A stretch of DNA of 64,000 bases, taken from positions 12,942 to 76,941 of the forward strand of contig SFEL01000006.1 of assembly GCA_004557245.1 (NCBI GenBank), read 5' to 3'. Position numbers and translations under genes: made by a program. Positions 48,161-57,492 of the stretch are shown one piece after another. Position 1 is the stretch's first letter. Each line of letters begins with the position of its first letter. Source of the DNA: Clostridiales bacterium. Lineage in GTDB: Bacteria > Bacillota > Clostridia > Christensenellales > CAG-138. The notes beneath the pieces were generated by a model. It worked only from the letters and a program-made list of their open reading frames with translations, did not search any database and was not told the origin of the DNA.

Positions 48161-48796
48161 ATGGAGTTTCGTAGGGTTTCCGAAGCGGTCATAAGGCGCA
48201 TGCCCAAGTATTACAGGCAGCTTACTGTTCTGCGGGATCAGGGCATGGAGCGTATCTCTTCCGGGCGTCTGGCCCAGATGATGCGCCTTAACGCTTCTCA
48301 GGTAAGGCAGGATTTCAATTGCTTCGGCGGCTTTGGCCAGCAGGGCTACGGCTATAACGTAAACACGCTGCTTGCCGAAATAAAGAACATACTCGCCATA
48401 ACCCACCCTTACAACGCCATAATCGTGGGCGCCGGCAACATCGGTACCGCCCTTGCCAACTTTGACGGGTTCGAGCAGGAAGGTTTCATAATAAAGGCAC
48501 TGTTTGACGTAAAGGAAGAGCTGGTGGGCACAGAGATAGACGGGAAGCCAGTGTATCATATAGACGAGCTGGAAAGGTACGTTCAGGAAAACAATATCAC
48601 TATAGGCGTTATCGCCGCGCGCAGAAGCGTTGCTCAGGAAATTGCTGACAGAATGGTAGCCTCCGGTATAAAGGGCATATGGAACTTTGCCCCGATGGAC
48701 GTAACGGCTACGGTACCGGTTGAGAACATACATATGACTGACAGTCTTATCTGCCTGATGTATAAGATGCACCATAATGTGATAAGCGAAAACTAA
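48161..48796 (+). CDS. rex: Redox-sensing transcriptional repressor Rex
   Basis: It reads RMPKYYR...SSGRLAQMMRLNASQVRQDFNCFGGFGQQGYGYNV and has a Rossmann motif IVGAGNIG. Confidence 0.95.
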   Translation: MEFRRVSEAVIRRMPKYYRQLTVLRDQGMERISSGRLAQMMRLNASQVRQDFNCFGGFGQQGYGYNVNTLLAEIKNILAITHPYNAIIVGAGNIGTALANFDGFEQEGFIIKALFDVKEELVGTEIDGKPVYHIDELERYVQENNITIGVIAARRSVAQEIADRMVASGIKGIWNFAPMDVTATVPVENIHMTDSLICLMYKMHHNVISEN

Positions 48797-48808
48797 TGAA
48801 AATACATC

Positions 48809-48836
48809 AAGGGCCGTCTGAAAAGGACGGCCCTTT
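48809..48836. terminator. Bidirectional terminator between rex and a VanW gene
   Basis: The sequence is AAGGGCCGTC-TGAAAAG-GACGGCCCTT. Confidence 0.75.
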
Positions 48837-48839
48837 GGA

Positions 48840-50180
48840 TTAATATGGCGAAACGCTGATTATGCCTGTTATGGAGCGGTAAGTATCCGTGCTTACAAGC
48901 TCTTTTTTTATCAGGTTGTTATCTGCATCGTAATACAGCTTGTAGCTTTCCGCTACGCTACCCCTTCGGGGCTTGCGGGTAATCTTACTCTGGCCTGGGG
49001 CGAGGGAATAATCAAATTCGGTATTTGTTCCGGGACTGCTCAGCGCCCTTATCTTTTTTGAAGTAAGCTCTATGTGCTGTCCGTCGGGCAGCGGGCGGCC
49101 ATATATCCTTACAGTGACAGTCTTTGCCTTGGCGTCGGCAGTTGCCGATACGGTCACGGGTACTTCCTGTGTGTTCTTGAATTTGAAGTTAGGCCCGCCG
49201 GTGGATATGGTGGCGTCGCGGCCTATGTCAACATATCCCAGCGGCCAGGAATGGTGACTTCTTTCCGTCACCTCAAGGTCGGCCATCAATACCGCGTTGT
49301 ACAGCGTGGTGGATACCTGACATACTCCGCCGCCGTATTCCTGAACGTACGTACCCTCTTTTATGGCTGTGGCGGTCTTCCAGCCGTTATCCTTATTGCG
49401 GTCGCCTATGGCGGCGTTCATGTCGAACTCCTGGCCGGGGGCAATGGCGGTTCCGTCTATCATGTCTGCCGCTTTGCATATGTTGAATACCCGGTTTGCC
49501 TTGCCGTATGTGCCGCCGGCAAACGATGTGGAAAATTCGGATATCAGCTGTGTGTCCGCCTTGGCCATGTCGGTGGTGTATTCGGGCAGGATGGGGGAGG
49601 ACTTGGCTGTGACATTGCCGCCGCTGCTGCCCGCGATAAGGGCGGAAATCTGGGATGTAAGGTCGTCAAAATCTATACTGCGTCCGTCCTTATGCTCGGT
49701 GTAGCGAAAGCCGCCCTTGTCCTTGTCATAGCTTGCACCGGCGTTTTCCGGGGCGTATTGCAGCGATGCGGATTGCTGTTCAAGTGCAGCCTTCAGCTCA
49801 CCGCTGTCTGCCGCCATGGAAGTATGAAGCTGGCGGGCCCCGTTGGCGGCCGGCCAGTATTTTTTCAGCGACAGCGCCTCGAGTATGACTTCACGGGTAT
49901 TGAATGCGACGGGCAGCAGGCTGCCGGATATGTCAAGGCTGTCCTCGCCGGCGGATACGGTGTAGTATAGTGCTTTGAGCGCCTCTGTATGGGCGGTTTC
50001 CACAGCTTCGAACGCCTCGGCCGGGCTCATACCTGAGACATTTACTCCGTCTATTGTTATGCATTCTCCCAAACGGGCGCCGTCGGCTTCTGCCTCCTCT
50101 ATGGAGGAATAGCCGGAAGAGCAGGCGGCACAGCATAGGCAGCACAGCAGAATGGAGAACATAGCAAATATTTTTTTCAT
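48840..50180 (-). CDS. VanW-family lipoprotein (paralog of 39168-40853)
   Basis: The start is at MKKIFAMFSILLCCLCCAACSS (lipobox). It has a VanW core (GQEFDMNAAIGDRNKDNGWKTATAIKEG...GGGVCQVSTTLYNAVL). Confidence 0.85.
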   Translation of the reverse strand: MKKIFAMFSILLCCLCCAACSSGYSSIEEAEADGARLGECITIDGVNVSGMSPAEAFEAVETAHTEALKALYYTVSAGEDSLDISGSLLPVAFNTREVILEALSLKKYWPAANGARQLHTSMAADSGELKAALEQQSASLQYAPENAGASYDKDKGGFRYTEHKDGRSIDFDDLTSQISALIAGSSGGNVTAKSSPILPEYTTDMAKADTQLISEFSTSFAGGTYGKANRVFNICKAADMIDGTAIAPGQEFDMNAAIGDRNKDNGWKTATAIKEGTYVQEYGGGVCQVSTTLYNAVLMADLEVTERSHHSWPLGYVDIGRDATISTGGPNFKFKNTQEVPVTVSATADAKAKTVTVRIYGRPLPDGQHIELTSKKIRALSSPGTNTEFDYSLAPGQSKITRKPRRGSVAESYKLYYDADNNLIKKELVSTDTYRSITGIISVSPY

Positions 50181-50381
50181 GCCAAAAGATATCCTCGCGG
50201 TCAAATTATTGTATGCTTTAGTATTGCCATATGCTTTATGGCCAATGCGCGGGGCATTTTGGGTATAAATGCCGTCAACCAAACCTGTATACAAAGAATA
50301 CACGTATGCTTGAATGTTTTAAATATCGGGTGTACAATATATATGGAGCGACTTCGCTTCGAAGGAGATGCAGAGATAGAT

Positions 50382-51023
50382 ATGTTTTTTGATTTGAGCG
50401 ATAAGCAATCGCTGACTACAAAGGTATACAATCACATTCGGAACGGCATACTGGACGGAAGCTATAAGGACGGGGACTTTCTCGTGGAGACGCGCCTCGC
50501 TGAGGAACTGGAGGTCAGCCGTACACCTATAAGAGAAGCTTTGAAGCAGCTGGAGCTGGAGGGCCTTGTGGTATCCATACCAAATCGCGGCTCAATGGTT
50601 CAGGCCATATCCGAAAACGATATAGACGATATATTCACAATTCGCCAGATACTTGAGGGTCAGGCGGCTTATTGGGCTACTCAGAGGATAACCCAAGAGC
50701 AGATGGACAAGCTGACCGAAAAGCTGGAGCTAATGGAATTTTACACCAAAAAAGGTGACGCCAACCAGCTTACAAGGCTTGACAACGAGTTCCACGATAT
50801 AATCTACAAGGCCAGCGACAGCAGAATGCTTAAGCATATTCTGGGCTCGCTGCATCAGAACATACGTCGGGCGCGCACCAGCAATCTCAATCTTCCTGCC
50901 CGTTCCAATGAATCCCTTGAGGAACACAGGGCCATATTCGCCGCTATGGAGGCGAAGGACGCGCTGGCCGCCAAGAAGGCGATGGAGGAGCACATAAAGA
51001 ACGCTCACAGCGCCAAGGGTTAG
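50382..51023 (+). CDS. GntR-family (FadR/FCD subfamily) transcriptional regulator
   Basis: It has a winged HTH (ETRLAEELEVSRTPIREALKQLELEGLV) plus an FCD domain. I prefer the start at MFFDLS. Confidence 0.85.
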   Translation: MFFDLSDKQSLTTKVYNHIRNGILDGSYKDGDFLVETRLAEELEVSRTPIREALKQLELEGLVVSIPNRGSMVQAISENDIDDIFTIRQILEGQAAYWATQRITQEQMDKLTEKLELMEFYTKKGDANQLTRLDNEFHDIIYKASDSRMLKHILGSLHQNIRRARTSNLNLPARSNESLEEHRAIFAAMEAKDALAAKKAMEEHIKNAHSAKG

Positions 51024-51030
51024 GTCATTT

Positions 51031-51057
51031 AATGCGCTCCAATAGGGCGCATTTTTC
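51031..51057 (+). terminator. Terminator after the GntR gene
   Basis: AATGCGC-TCCAATAGG-GCGCATT is followed by TTT. Confidence 0.6.
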
Positions 51058-51083
51058 TTATTTTACATGAGGAGGGCAAAAGC

Positions 51084-52265
51084 ATGCCGCGCATGGAATA
51101 CACAGCAGAAACTCATAGTACAGGCGGCCCGGGACTGTTTATATTCGGCAGGGCGGAGGAGTCGGGCGAGAGGCTGCTGACTGAGTATCGCGGCAAAGTG
51201 CAGCTTATTTATCTCGACCCTCCCTTCGGTACCGGCGACGCCTTTGAGATAAGCCGGGGGCCAAAGGGAAAAAAGATAAAGGTACCGGCATACAGCGATA
51301 AAATGTCGGACGACTCCTATATGGAAATGATGAAAAACGTGCTGGAGCTGTGCCGTGAGCTTATGACCTCCGATGGCACCCTGTACCTGCACGTGGATTA
51401 CCGCATGGCCGCCTATCTGCGGGTGCTGCTGGACGAAGTATTCGGCAAAAAGAACTTTGTGAATGAGATAATCTGGGCATACAGGTCAGGCGGAAGGGCC
51501 ACAAAGCACTTTTCCCGTAAGCATGACAATATCCTTGTCTACCGCAAGGGCAGGAGCAACTACTTCAATATCGAGGCTGTGGGGATACCGCGGGGGCCGG
51601 AGCGCCGCAACCATATGAAACGGCACATCGATGATACCGGCAGGATATACTATTCTATACGCTCTGGCGGCAAACTGTATAAGTACTATGAGGATTCGCT
51701 GATATACCCAAGCGACGTATGGACCGACATAGAGCATCTTCAGCAACGGGATCCGGAACGCACAGGCTACAGCACTCAGAAGCCCGAGGCGCTGCTCAGA
51801 CGTATAATACTGTCTTCCTCAAAAGAGGGGGACATAGTCGCAGACCTTTTTTCGGGCAGCGGAACCACGGCGGCCGCAGCCCAGAAGCTGGGACGCAGAT
51901 GGATAGCTGTGGATCCTTCTCCCGCAGCGCTTATGACCCTGCGAAAAAGGCTTCTTGACAACAACAGCGACGCCAGCCTTCTAAAGACAGCGGCCGGCAT
52001 GGATATAGAATATCTGCAAACGCCGGCTTCCGGGAAAAAGCCAAGCATAACCGTGCAAAGGACCCGCACAGGGTTTACTGTAACACCTGATGACGACAGC
52101 CTCGCCTACATGGCTGTGGGCAGGCTGGAGGAGGGCAGGTTTATCACTGAGACCTATGACACCTCGCCGCTTCCCGGCAAGAAACTCACCATTGCCAACG
52201 GCAGGCACGCCATACTTGTGTCAGACCTGTACGGCAATCTGTCGGTGTGGGGGAATTTAGATTAG
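51084..52265 (+). CDS. Beta-class N6-adenine/N4-cytosine DNA methyltransferase (type III Mod-like core), no partner nuclease in the window
   Basis: The catalytic motif IYLDPPFGTG precedes the SAM motif (STQKPEALLRRII..DLFSGSGTTAAAAQKLGRRWIAVD). A C-terminal extension of about 90 aa is unrecognised. A GGAGGG RBS lies upstream. Confidence 0.85.
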   Translation: MPRMEYTAETHSTGGPGLFIFGRAEESGERLLTEYRGKVQLIYLDPPFGTGDAFEISRGPKGKKIKVPAYSDKMSDDSYMEMMKNVLELCRELMTSDGTLYLHVDYRMAAYLRVLLDEVFGKKNFVNEIIWAYRSGGRATKHFSRKHDNILVYRKGRSNYFNIEAVGIPRGPERRNHMKRHIDDTGRIYYSIRSGGKLYKYYEDSLIYPSDVWTDIEHLQQRDPERTGYSTQKPEALLRRIILSSSKEGDIVADLFSGSGTTAAAAQKLGRRWIAVDPSPAALMTLRKRLLDNNSDASLLKTAAGMDIEYLQTPASGKKPSITVQRTRTGFTVTPDDDSLAYMAVGRLEEGRFITETYDTSPLPGKKLTIANGRHAILVSDLYGNLSVWGNLD

Positions 52266-52269
52266 GATA

Positions 52270-53025
52270 ATGGAATTCAACGGAAACAGATACATAGGCG
52301 ACATAGTATTAAAGAGAAGACCCGAGGGGGGCTCTTATCTGAACGACATACCCGCCGTGAAGTACCTGATGGAGGCGGGGCATATCGAACTCCGCTCGCC
52401 TGTGACGTTTTTTATAGGCGAGAACGGCACAGGCAAATCGACGCTGCTGGAAGCCATAGCTGTGGCAGCGGGATTCAATCCGGAGGGCGGCACCAGAAAC
52501 TTCAACTTTTCTACCCGAAATACCCATTCCGAGCTTTGCGACTGCATATCACTGACCAGGTACGGCTACCCGAAGGACGGATTTTTTCTCCGGGCCGAAA
52601 GCTTTTATAACGTCGCGTCAAATATAGATGAGCTGGACGAAGCGGGCGGAATTGGCCCACAATTAAAGGATAGCTACGGCGGGAAATCCCTGCACGCTCA
52701 GTCTCACGGCGAAAGCTTTATTTCCCTGGTGCAGAACCGCTTTGGCGGTCGTGGATTGTACCTTCTCGACGAGCCGGAGGCTGCGCTGTCGCCAATGCGG
52801 CTTATGTCGCTGCTTGTGGACATGGACGGTCTTGTAAAGAAAGCTTCACAGTTCATCATCTGTACCCATTCGCCAATACTTATGGCGTACCCCGGGGCGG
52901 AGATATACCAATTGAGCGATGAGGGCATAGAGTGTGCCGATTACAAAAACACCGAGCATTATATAGTCACAAAGCAGTTCCTCGACAACCCGGAAAGAAT
53001 GCTGAAGTATCTTTTGGAGGAATAA
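52270..53025 (+). CDS. Small ABC/SMC-like AAA ATPase (COG3910-like)
   Basis: It has Walker A GENGTGKST, a signature-like SHGES, Walker B LYLLDEPEAALS and an H-loop CTHSP. It starts 4 nt after the methyltransferase stop. Confidence 0.8.
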   Translation: MEFNGNRYIGDIVLKRRPEGGSYLNDIPAVKYLMEAGHIELRSPVTFFIGENGTGKSTLLEAIAVAAGFNPEGGTRNFNFSTRNTHSELCDCISLTRYGYPKDGFFLRAESFYNVASNIDELDEAGGIGPQLKDSYGGKSLHAQSHGESFISLVQNRFGGRGLYLLDEPEAALSPMRLMSLLVDMDGLVKKASQFIICTHSPILMAYPGAEIYQLSDEGIECADYKNTEHYIVTKQFLDNPERMLKYLLEE

Positions 53026-53070
53026 ACGGCACACAAAAAGGCCTTCCTTCCGGAAGGCCTCGTTCTGTGT

Positions 53071-53109
53071 AAAAAAAACCCGGTTGCCGCTTAACGCGCA
53101 ACCGGGTTT
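53071..53109 (-). terminator. Rho-independent terminator of the rplU-prp-rpmA operon
   Basis: The minus strand reads AAACCCGGTTGC..GCAACCGGGTTT followed by TTTTTTTT. Confidence 0.75.
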
Positions 53110-53123
53110 ATCAAGCTTTTTAA

Positions 53124-53414
53124 TTACTCAGCAACTTCTTCAGCATATACGCTGACTTCCCTGCGGCCGAGATGCTTGGTCTCAAAGCGCACGATACCGT
53201 CTGCCTTAGCATAAAGAGTATCGTCTTTGCCCAGACCTACATTTACACCGGGATGGAAGTGAGTGCCGCGCTGGCGAACCAGAATGTTGCCTGCGAGAAC
53301 GAACTGACCATCAGCACGCTTGGGGCCAAGACGCTTAGACTCAGAGTCACGACCGTTCTTGGTGGAGCCGCCGCCCTTCTTATGAGCAAAGAGCTGCAGA
53401 TTGATGTTCATCAT
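53124..53414 (-). CDS. rpmA: 50S ribosomal protein L27 with cleavable N-terminal extension
   Basis: It reads [24 protein letters not shown]. The start is at 53414 after AAAGGAAGG. Confidence 0.95.
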   Translation of the reverse strand: MMNINLQLFAHKKGGGSTKNGRDSESKRLGPKRADGQFVLAGNILVRQRGTHFHPGVNVGLGKDDTLYAKADGIVRFETKHLGRREVSVYAEEVAE

Positions 53415-53418
53415 CGTG

Positions 53419-53748
53419 TTACACCTTCCTTTCTGATATTTTGATGTAATCACCATAGGTAGCGGCAATGGACCTGAGGCCCAGTGCCATCGTTTCCAAA
53501 ATGATCTGTGCTTTTTCGCAGTCCTGATCGGATATGTCTGCAGGAAGCATGAGATACATATTCGCCTCCGTGATGTCGAGTGCCGTCTGTATCTTTAATA
53601 CTTCGTTTATGCCCAGGGCCGCAGTCTGCGTCAGTGCAGACACTGCGCTGCAAACTATGTCGCTGCCCTCATCGGCATACCCGGTATGTCCCTTGGCCTC
53701 AAAGCCAACAAGGCCGGACCTGTCGCGAATAAGCGTTACGTGCGTCAT
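53419..53748 (-). CDS. prp: Ribosomal-processing cysteine protease Prp
   Basis: It has the GH and CSAVS catalytic dyad context ([24 protein letters not shown]) and lies between rplU and rpmA. Confidence 0.9.
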   Translation of the reverse strand: MTHVTLIRDRSGLVGFEAKGHTGYADEGSDIVCSAVSALTQTAALGINEVLKIQTALDITEANMYLMLPADISDQDCEKAQIILETMALGLRSIAATYGDYIKISERKV

Positions 53749-53751
53749 GCT

Positions 53752-54054
53752 TTAGCCGATGGACTCGATCTTGACCTTGGTGTAAGGCTGACGATGTCCC
53801 TGCTTTTTGCGTATGTTCTTCTTGGGCTTATAGTGGAATACTACGACCTTCTTGCCCTTGACCTGATCGACAACGGTTGCCTTGGCGGTAACGCCCTCTA
53901 CTACGGGCTTGCCAACTACGACCTCGTCGCCACAAAGCATCAATACTTCAAATGCGACCTCAGCACCTACTTCGGCATCCAGCTTTTCGACGAGGATCTC
54001 GTCGCCGGCTTCTACCTTGTACTGCTTGCCACCGGTACGGATGATAGCGTACAC
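53752..54054 (-). CDS. rplU: 50S ribosomal protein L21
   Basis: It reads [14 protein letters not shown]...[10 protein letters not shown]. Confidence 0.95.
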   Translation of the reverse strand: MYAIIRTGGKQYKVEAGDEILVEKLDAEVGAEVAFEVLMLCGDEVVVGKPVVEGVTAKATVVDQVKGKKVVVFHYKPKKNIRKKQGHRQPYTKVKIESIG

Positions 54055-54138
54055 GTCCTGTACCTCCTTCTTTAAATCTCGCCCATATTCGGCGGTGGAT
54101 TATCTCCACGCTTACAAAGCCGATACGGAGCGGCTCAC
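54055..54138 (-). promoter_or_regulatory. Structured 5' leader of rplU (L21-leader-like)
   Basis: The UTR of about 80 nt has nested helices (TTCGGTG..CACCGCCGAA, AGCCG..CGGCT, GTGGA-GATAA-TCCAC). The family assignment is from memory of Firmicute L21 leaders and has not been searched. Confidence 0.4.
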
Positions 54139-54144
54139 CGAACT

Positions 54145-54173
54145 ATAATAACATGGCAAGTACGGCCTGTCAA
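54145..54173 (-). promoter_or_regulatory. Sigma-A promoter of the rplU operon
   Basis: The minus strand reads TTGACA, a 17-nt spacer, then TATTAT. Confidence 0.55.
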
Positions 54174-54198
54174 GACGAAAAACCGCCTGTTTGCAACA

Positions 54199-55014
54199 TT
54201 ATTTCTGTGTAAAGCTCAGTTCCCCGCCGTCGCTCTCCAGGGTTATCTCGCCGTTCCGGGTAAGCATATAATTCATCGTGCCTGCGTCTACAAGTGCCTG
54301 TACCGTTTCTTGATCCTCAGGATTTTTTTCAGAGCTGGTTATCACGGCGCTCTGCGCCCCCACCCAATTGAAAAGCTCCTGAAGCATTGTCTCGTATTTG
54401 CCGTGATGCGGCACCTTAAGAAAGTCGTATCCGGCGTCGTTCAGTTCGTTTTTTATATCTGCTATACGTTCTTTTTCGATATCACCGGTAAATAGCAGGC
54501 TGCTATTTCCATGGAATACTTCAGTCACGAGAGAAGAATTGTTGCTGGCATCATTTTCATAAACTTTGTCCGCCGGGTGTATGACAAGCTTTGCGCTGCC
54601 CAGCTGTATGTTCGTCTGCGAGGTGATTATAATCACCTTAACACCCCGATCTTCCGCCGCCGCCATGCATGCCGCAGATTCGTCGCTCTCCTTCATATAT
54701 TCCGGCCGCAGCAATGCTTTCACATCAAAATCCTGTATTATCTGTGCAGCGCCGCCGGCGTGATCCCGATCAAAATGGGTTATCATGAGATAATCTATGC
54801 TTTCCACGCCCATATCTTCAAGGCGATTTGCCACCTTTTTGCCGTCCTTGATGGTTCCCGTGTCCATGAGCAGATTTTTGCCGCCGCAGGTCATAAGGAA
54901 TGAATCCGCCTTTCCAACATCGAAAAACGAAACTGCAAGCGTATCCGGTTCTTCCTTTATAGAGCAACCGCACAGCAGCATTGCCGCCATTATGGCAAAT
55001 ATGCATCGTTTCAC
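54199..55014 (-). CDS. ComEC/Rec2-related MBL-fold hydrolase lipoprotein
   Basis: A GTG start at 55014 after GGGGG gives MKRCIFAIMAAMLLCGCS (lipobox). It has the MBL motif ITHFDRDHAGG and a later KVPHHG. Confidence 0.8.
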   Translation of the reverse strand: MKRCIFAIMAAMLLCGCSIKEEPDTLAVSFFDVGKADSFLMTCGGKNLLMDTGTIKDGKKVANRLEDMGVESIDYLMITHFDRDHAGGAAQIIQDFDVKALLRPEYMKESDESAACMAAAEDRGVKVIIITSQTNIQLGSAKLVIHPADKVYENDASNNSSLVTEVFHGNSSLLFTGDIEKERIADIKNELNDAGYDFLKVPHHGKYETMLQELFNWVGAQSAVITSSEKNPEDQETVQALVDAGTMNYMLTRNGEITLESDGGELSFTQK

Positions 55015-55140
55015 GGGCACATTCCCCCCTTTCTTATATGAATATACCATCACTTTGACCGGCCCACAACGAAAAGATTTTGAACATTTTTTGAATATGC
55101 TCATGCGCTGCTTTTCCTCATTATTCCACTTTTTTGTCGC

Positions 55141-55170
55141 GCATTTATTTCGCCCCTCCCGGCAATGCTA
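55141..55170 (+). promoter_or_regulatory. Candidate forespore (sigma-F/G type) promoter of sigG
   Basis: GCATT, a 15-nt spacer, then GGCAATGCTA resembles the GYATA / GGnnAnAHTR pattern, recalled from B. subtilis work. It is an imperfect match. Confidence 0.35.
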
Positions 55171-55201
55171 CTTTTAGCGGAGAACAAGGAGGGCAACGGA
55201 T

Positions 55202-55975
55202 ATGGCTGTGAACAAGGTGGAGATATGCGGACTGGACACTTCCAAGCTTCCCATGATGACTTATGAGCGCAGTACTGAGCTGCTCAAAAAAATAAGCGAA
55301 GGCGACGAGGAGGCCCGCGATATCTTCATCAAGGAGAACCTGCGCCTTGTACTGAGCGTCATACAACGTTTTTCAGGTCGCGGTGAGCAGATGGACGACC
55401 TGTTCCAGGTGGGCTGCATAGGGCTTATCAAGGCCATAAACAATTTCGATTTAAGCTTCAATGTGCGCTTTTCCACATATGCCGTACCCATGATCGTGGG
55501 TGAGGTTCGCCGTCATTTGAGGGACAACAACAGCCTTCGTGTCAGCCGCTCCATACGCGACACTGCCTACCACGCACTACAGATACGTGCCCGGCTCATG
55601 GATGAATCCGGGCAGGAACCTCATATTAGCGACATAGCAAAAGCCATGGATATTAAAGAAGAAGAGGTGGCCTTCGCTTTGGACGCCATTCAAGACCCTG
55701 TATCGCTTTTTGAACCCATATACCACGACGACGGAGACGCCATATACGTCATGGACCAGCTCAAGGACGACCGGACCTCTGATGATGACTGGCTCACCCA
55801 CGTAGCCATAGAGCGGGGTATGGATAAGCTTTCCGAACGCGAGCAAAACATCATAAAGCTTCGTTTCTTTCAGGGACGCACCCAGATGGAGGTGGCCGAG
55901 GAGATCGGCATAAGTCAGGCTCAGGTATCCCGCCTTGAAAAAAACGCGCTCAGGCATATGAAAAAATACGTATAA
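55202..55975 (+). CDS. sigG: Sporulation sigma factor G
   Basis: It reads NKVEICGLDTSKLP, LRLVLSVIQRF, DDLFQVGCIGLIKAINNFD and FSTYAVPMIVGEVRRHLRDNNSLRVSRS. Confidence 0.95.
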   Translation: MAVNKVEICGLDTSKLPMMTYERSTELLKKISEGDEEARDIFIKENLRLVLSVIQRFSGRGEQMDDLFQVGCIGLIKAINNFDLSFNVRFSTYAVPMIVGEVRRHLRDNNSLRVSRSIRDTAYHALQIRARLMDESGQEPHISDIAKAMDIKEEEVAFALDAIQDPVSLFEPIYHDDGDAIYVMDQLKDDRTSDDDWLTHVAIERGMDKLSEREQNIIKLRFFQGRTQMEVAEEIGISQAQVSRLEKNALRHMKKYV

Positions 55976-56182
55976 TACAAAGGCGCAAATAAGGCACTTT
56001 TGTACTTTTAAAAAGGTGGCAGCTGGCATCAAAGACATAAAAATTCGGCGCCGTATTATAAAAAAATTCCAAACAGGCGTTTAATTCTCAAAAATAGTTT
56101 TACAGAGGTAAAAATACCGTATTTTGAGCATATATTTAACCACTGAATACAAAAAACGCCAAATTGGAGGTGTCTTTTCCAA

Positions 56183-56992
56183 ATGAAGATATTGGTTCTG
56201 ACAAAGCGAACACTGATAATCGCCGCCGTCGTTCTTCTCCTGCTCATTACCGCCATAATACTGCTTTTGAGCTTCGCCCCCAACGCCGCAGCCGCCAACA
56301 GCTTCCGCAACGTGGAGGAATACGAGCTTGAGGTACTGGCCGGCAAAAAACGCGAACTTCCCATCTACAGCGTGGAGAGAAGCGACAAGAAGATCGCGCT
56401 GACTGTCGATGCAGCATGGGAAGCCGACAAAACGGATTTCATCCTGGACACACTGGATAAATACAACATTCACGCCACATTCTTCCTCTGCGGCTTCTGG
56501 GCTGATAAGTACCCGGAAAAGGTAAAGGCTATCGCTGCCCGGGGCAACGAGGTGGGTAACCACTCCTCCACCCACCCGCACATGAACCAGCTCTCTGCAG
56601 CGGACATCCGCAAGGAGCTGGAGAAGTACGATGACACCATTGAAAAGCTGCTGGGCTACCGCACAAAGGCCTTTCGCTGCCCATACGGCGAGTACAACGA
56701 CAATGTCATAACTACGATCCGCGATATGGGCTACGAGGTCTGGCAGTGGGACATCGACACTATCGATTGGAAGGAAGAACGCAGCGCCCAAACCATATTG
56801 GATACGGTCATCCCCAAGCTTCACCCCGGCTGCATAATACTCTGCCACAACAATGGATATAAAATAAAGGAGTACCTGCCCACGCTTATCGAGACGGCAC
56901 AGGCACAGGGATATGAATTCGTTACGGTTAGCGAGCTGCGGCTTGAAGGGGATACAATTATCGATGTGAACGGAACGCAAAAGGCGGCGTAA
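56183..56992 (+). CDS. Polysaccharide deacetylase (NodB homology, PdaB-like), membrane anchored
   Basis: It has a TM anchor, then LTVDAAW, ATFFLCG and GNHSSTHPHM. Confidence 0.9.
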   Translation: MKILVLTKRTLIIAAVVLLLLITAIILLLSFAPNAAAANSFRNVEEYELEVLAGKKRELPIYSVERSDKKIALTVDAAWEADKTDFILDTLDKYNIHATFFLCGFWADKYPEKVKAIAARGNEVGNHSSTHPHMNQLSAADIRKELEKYDDTIEKLLGYRTKAFRCPYGEYNDNVITTIRDMGYEVWQWDIDTIDWKEERSAQTILDTVIPKLHPGCIILCHNNGYKIKEYLPTLIETAQAQGYEFVTVSELRLEGDTIIDVNGTQKAA

Positions 56993-57453
56993 TCGCTGTA
57001 TATTTACAACCCTATTCATATAACGAATAAAAACGGTGTTCCTTATAAAACGCCGTTTTTTGCGCATCGGAAAATTCAAATGCAGCCTCTGCAAAAAATA
57101 ATGGAACAGAGTTCATAACAATATCAAAAAAATAAGAAAAAATCCAATCAGAAGTACGTTGCTTTAAAAACTTCTATTTGTTATTATGCAAAAGATGTCA
57201 GATAACAATTATAATTATACAACCCCGTGTTCAGCCGGTGACCTGTTTATAAAACAGCCGGTGGGGCAGAGCCTATATTCACGCCGGCCGATAACAAAAT
57301 GTAATACGGCGTATCTCAGCATGTCTTTGTAGGTAGTTTCGTATACCCTGCGGAAGTATTCCGTTTCATATTGCATCTCTTCATCTCCTTAATTCAAAGG
57401 ACTGTTGTCCGGACAACTATAATGACCGGGGCAAGGGCGTATCGGTTGCGCGT

Positions 57454-57486
57454 AAAACAAAAATTCCCCCGAAAAGATGGGGGAAT
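57454..57486 (-). terminator. Rho-independent terminator of the ABC / oxidoreductase unit
   Basis: The minus strand reads ATTCCCCC-ATCTTTTC-GGGGGAAT followed by TTTTTGTTTT. Confidence 0.7.
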
Positions 57487-57492
57487 GGGCTT

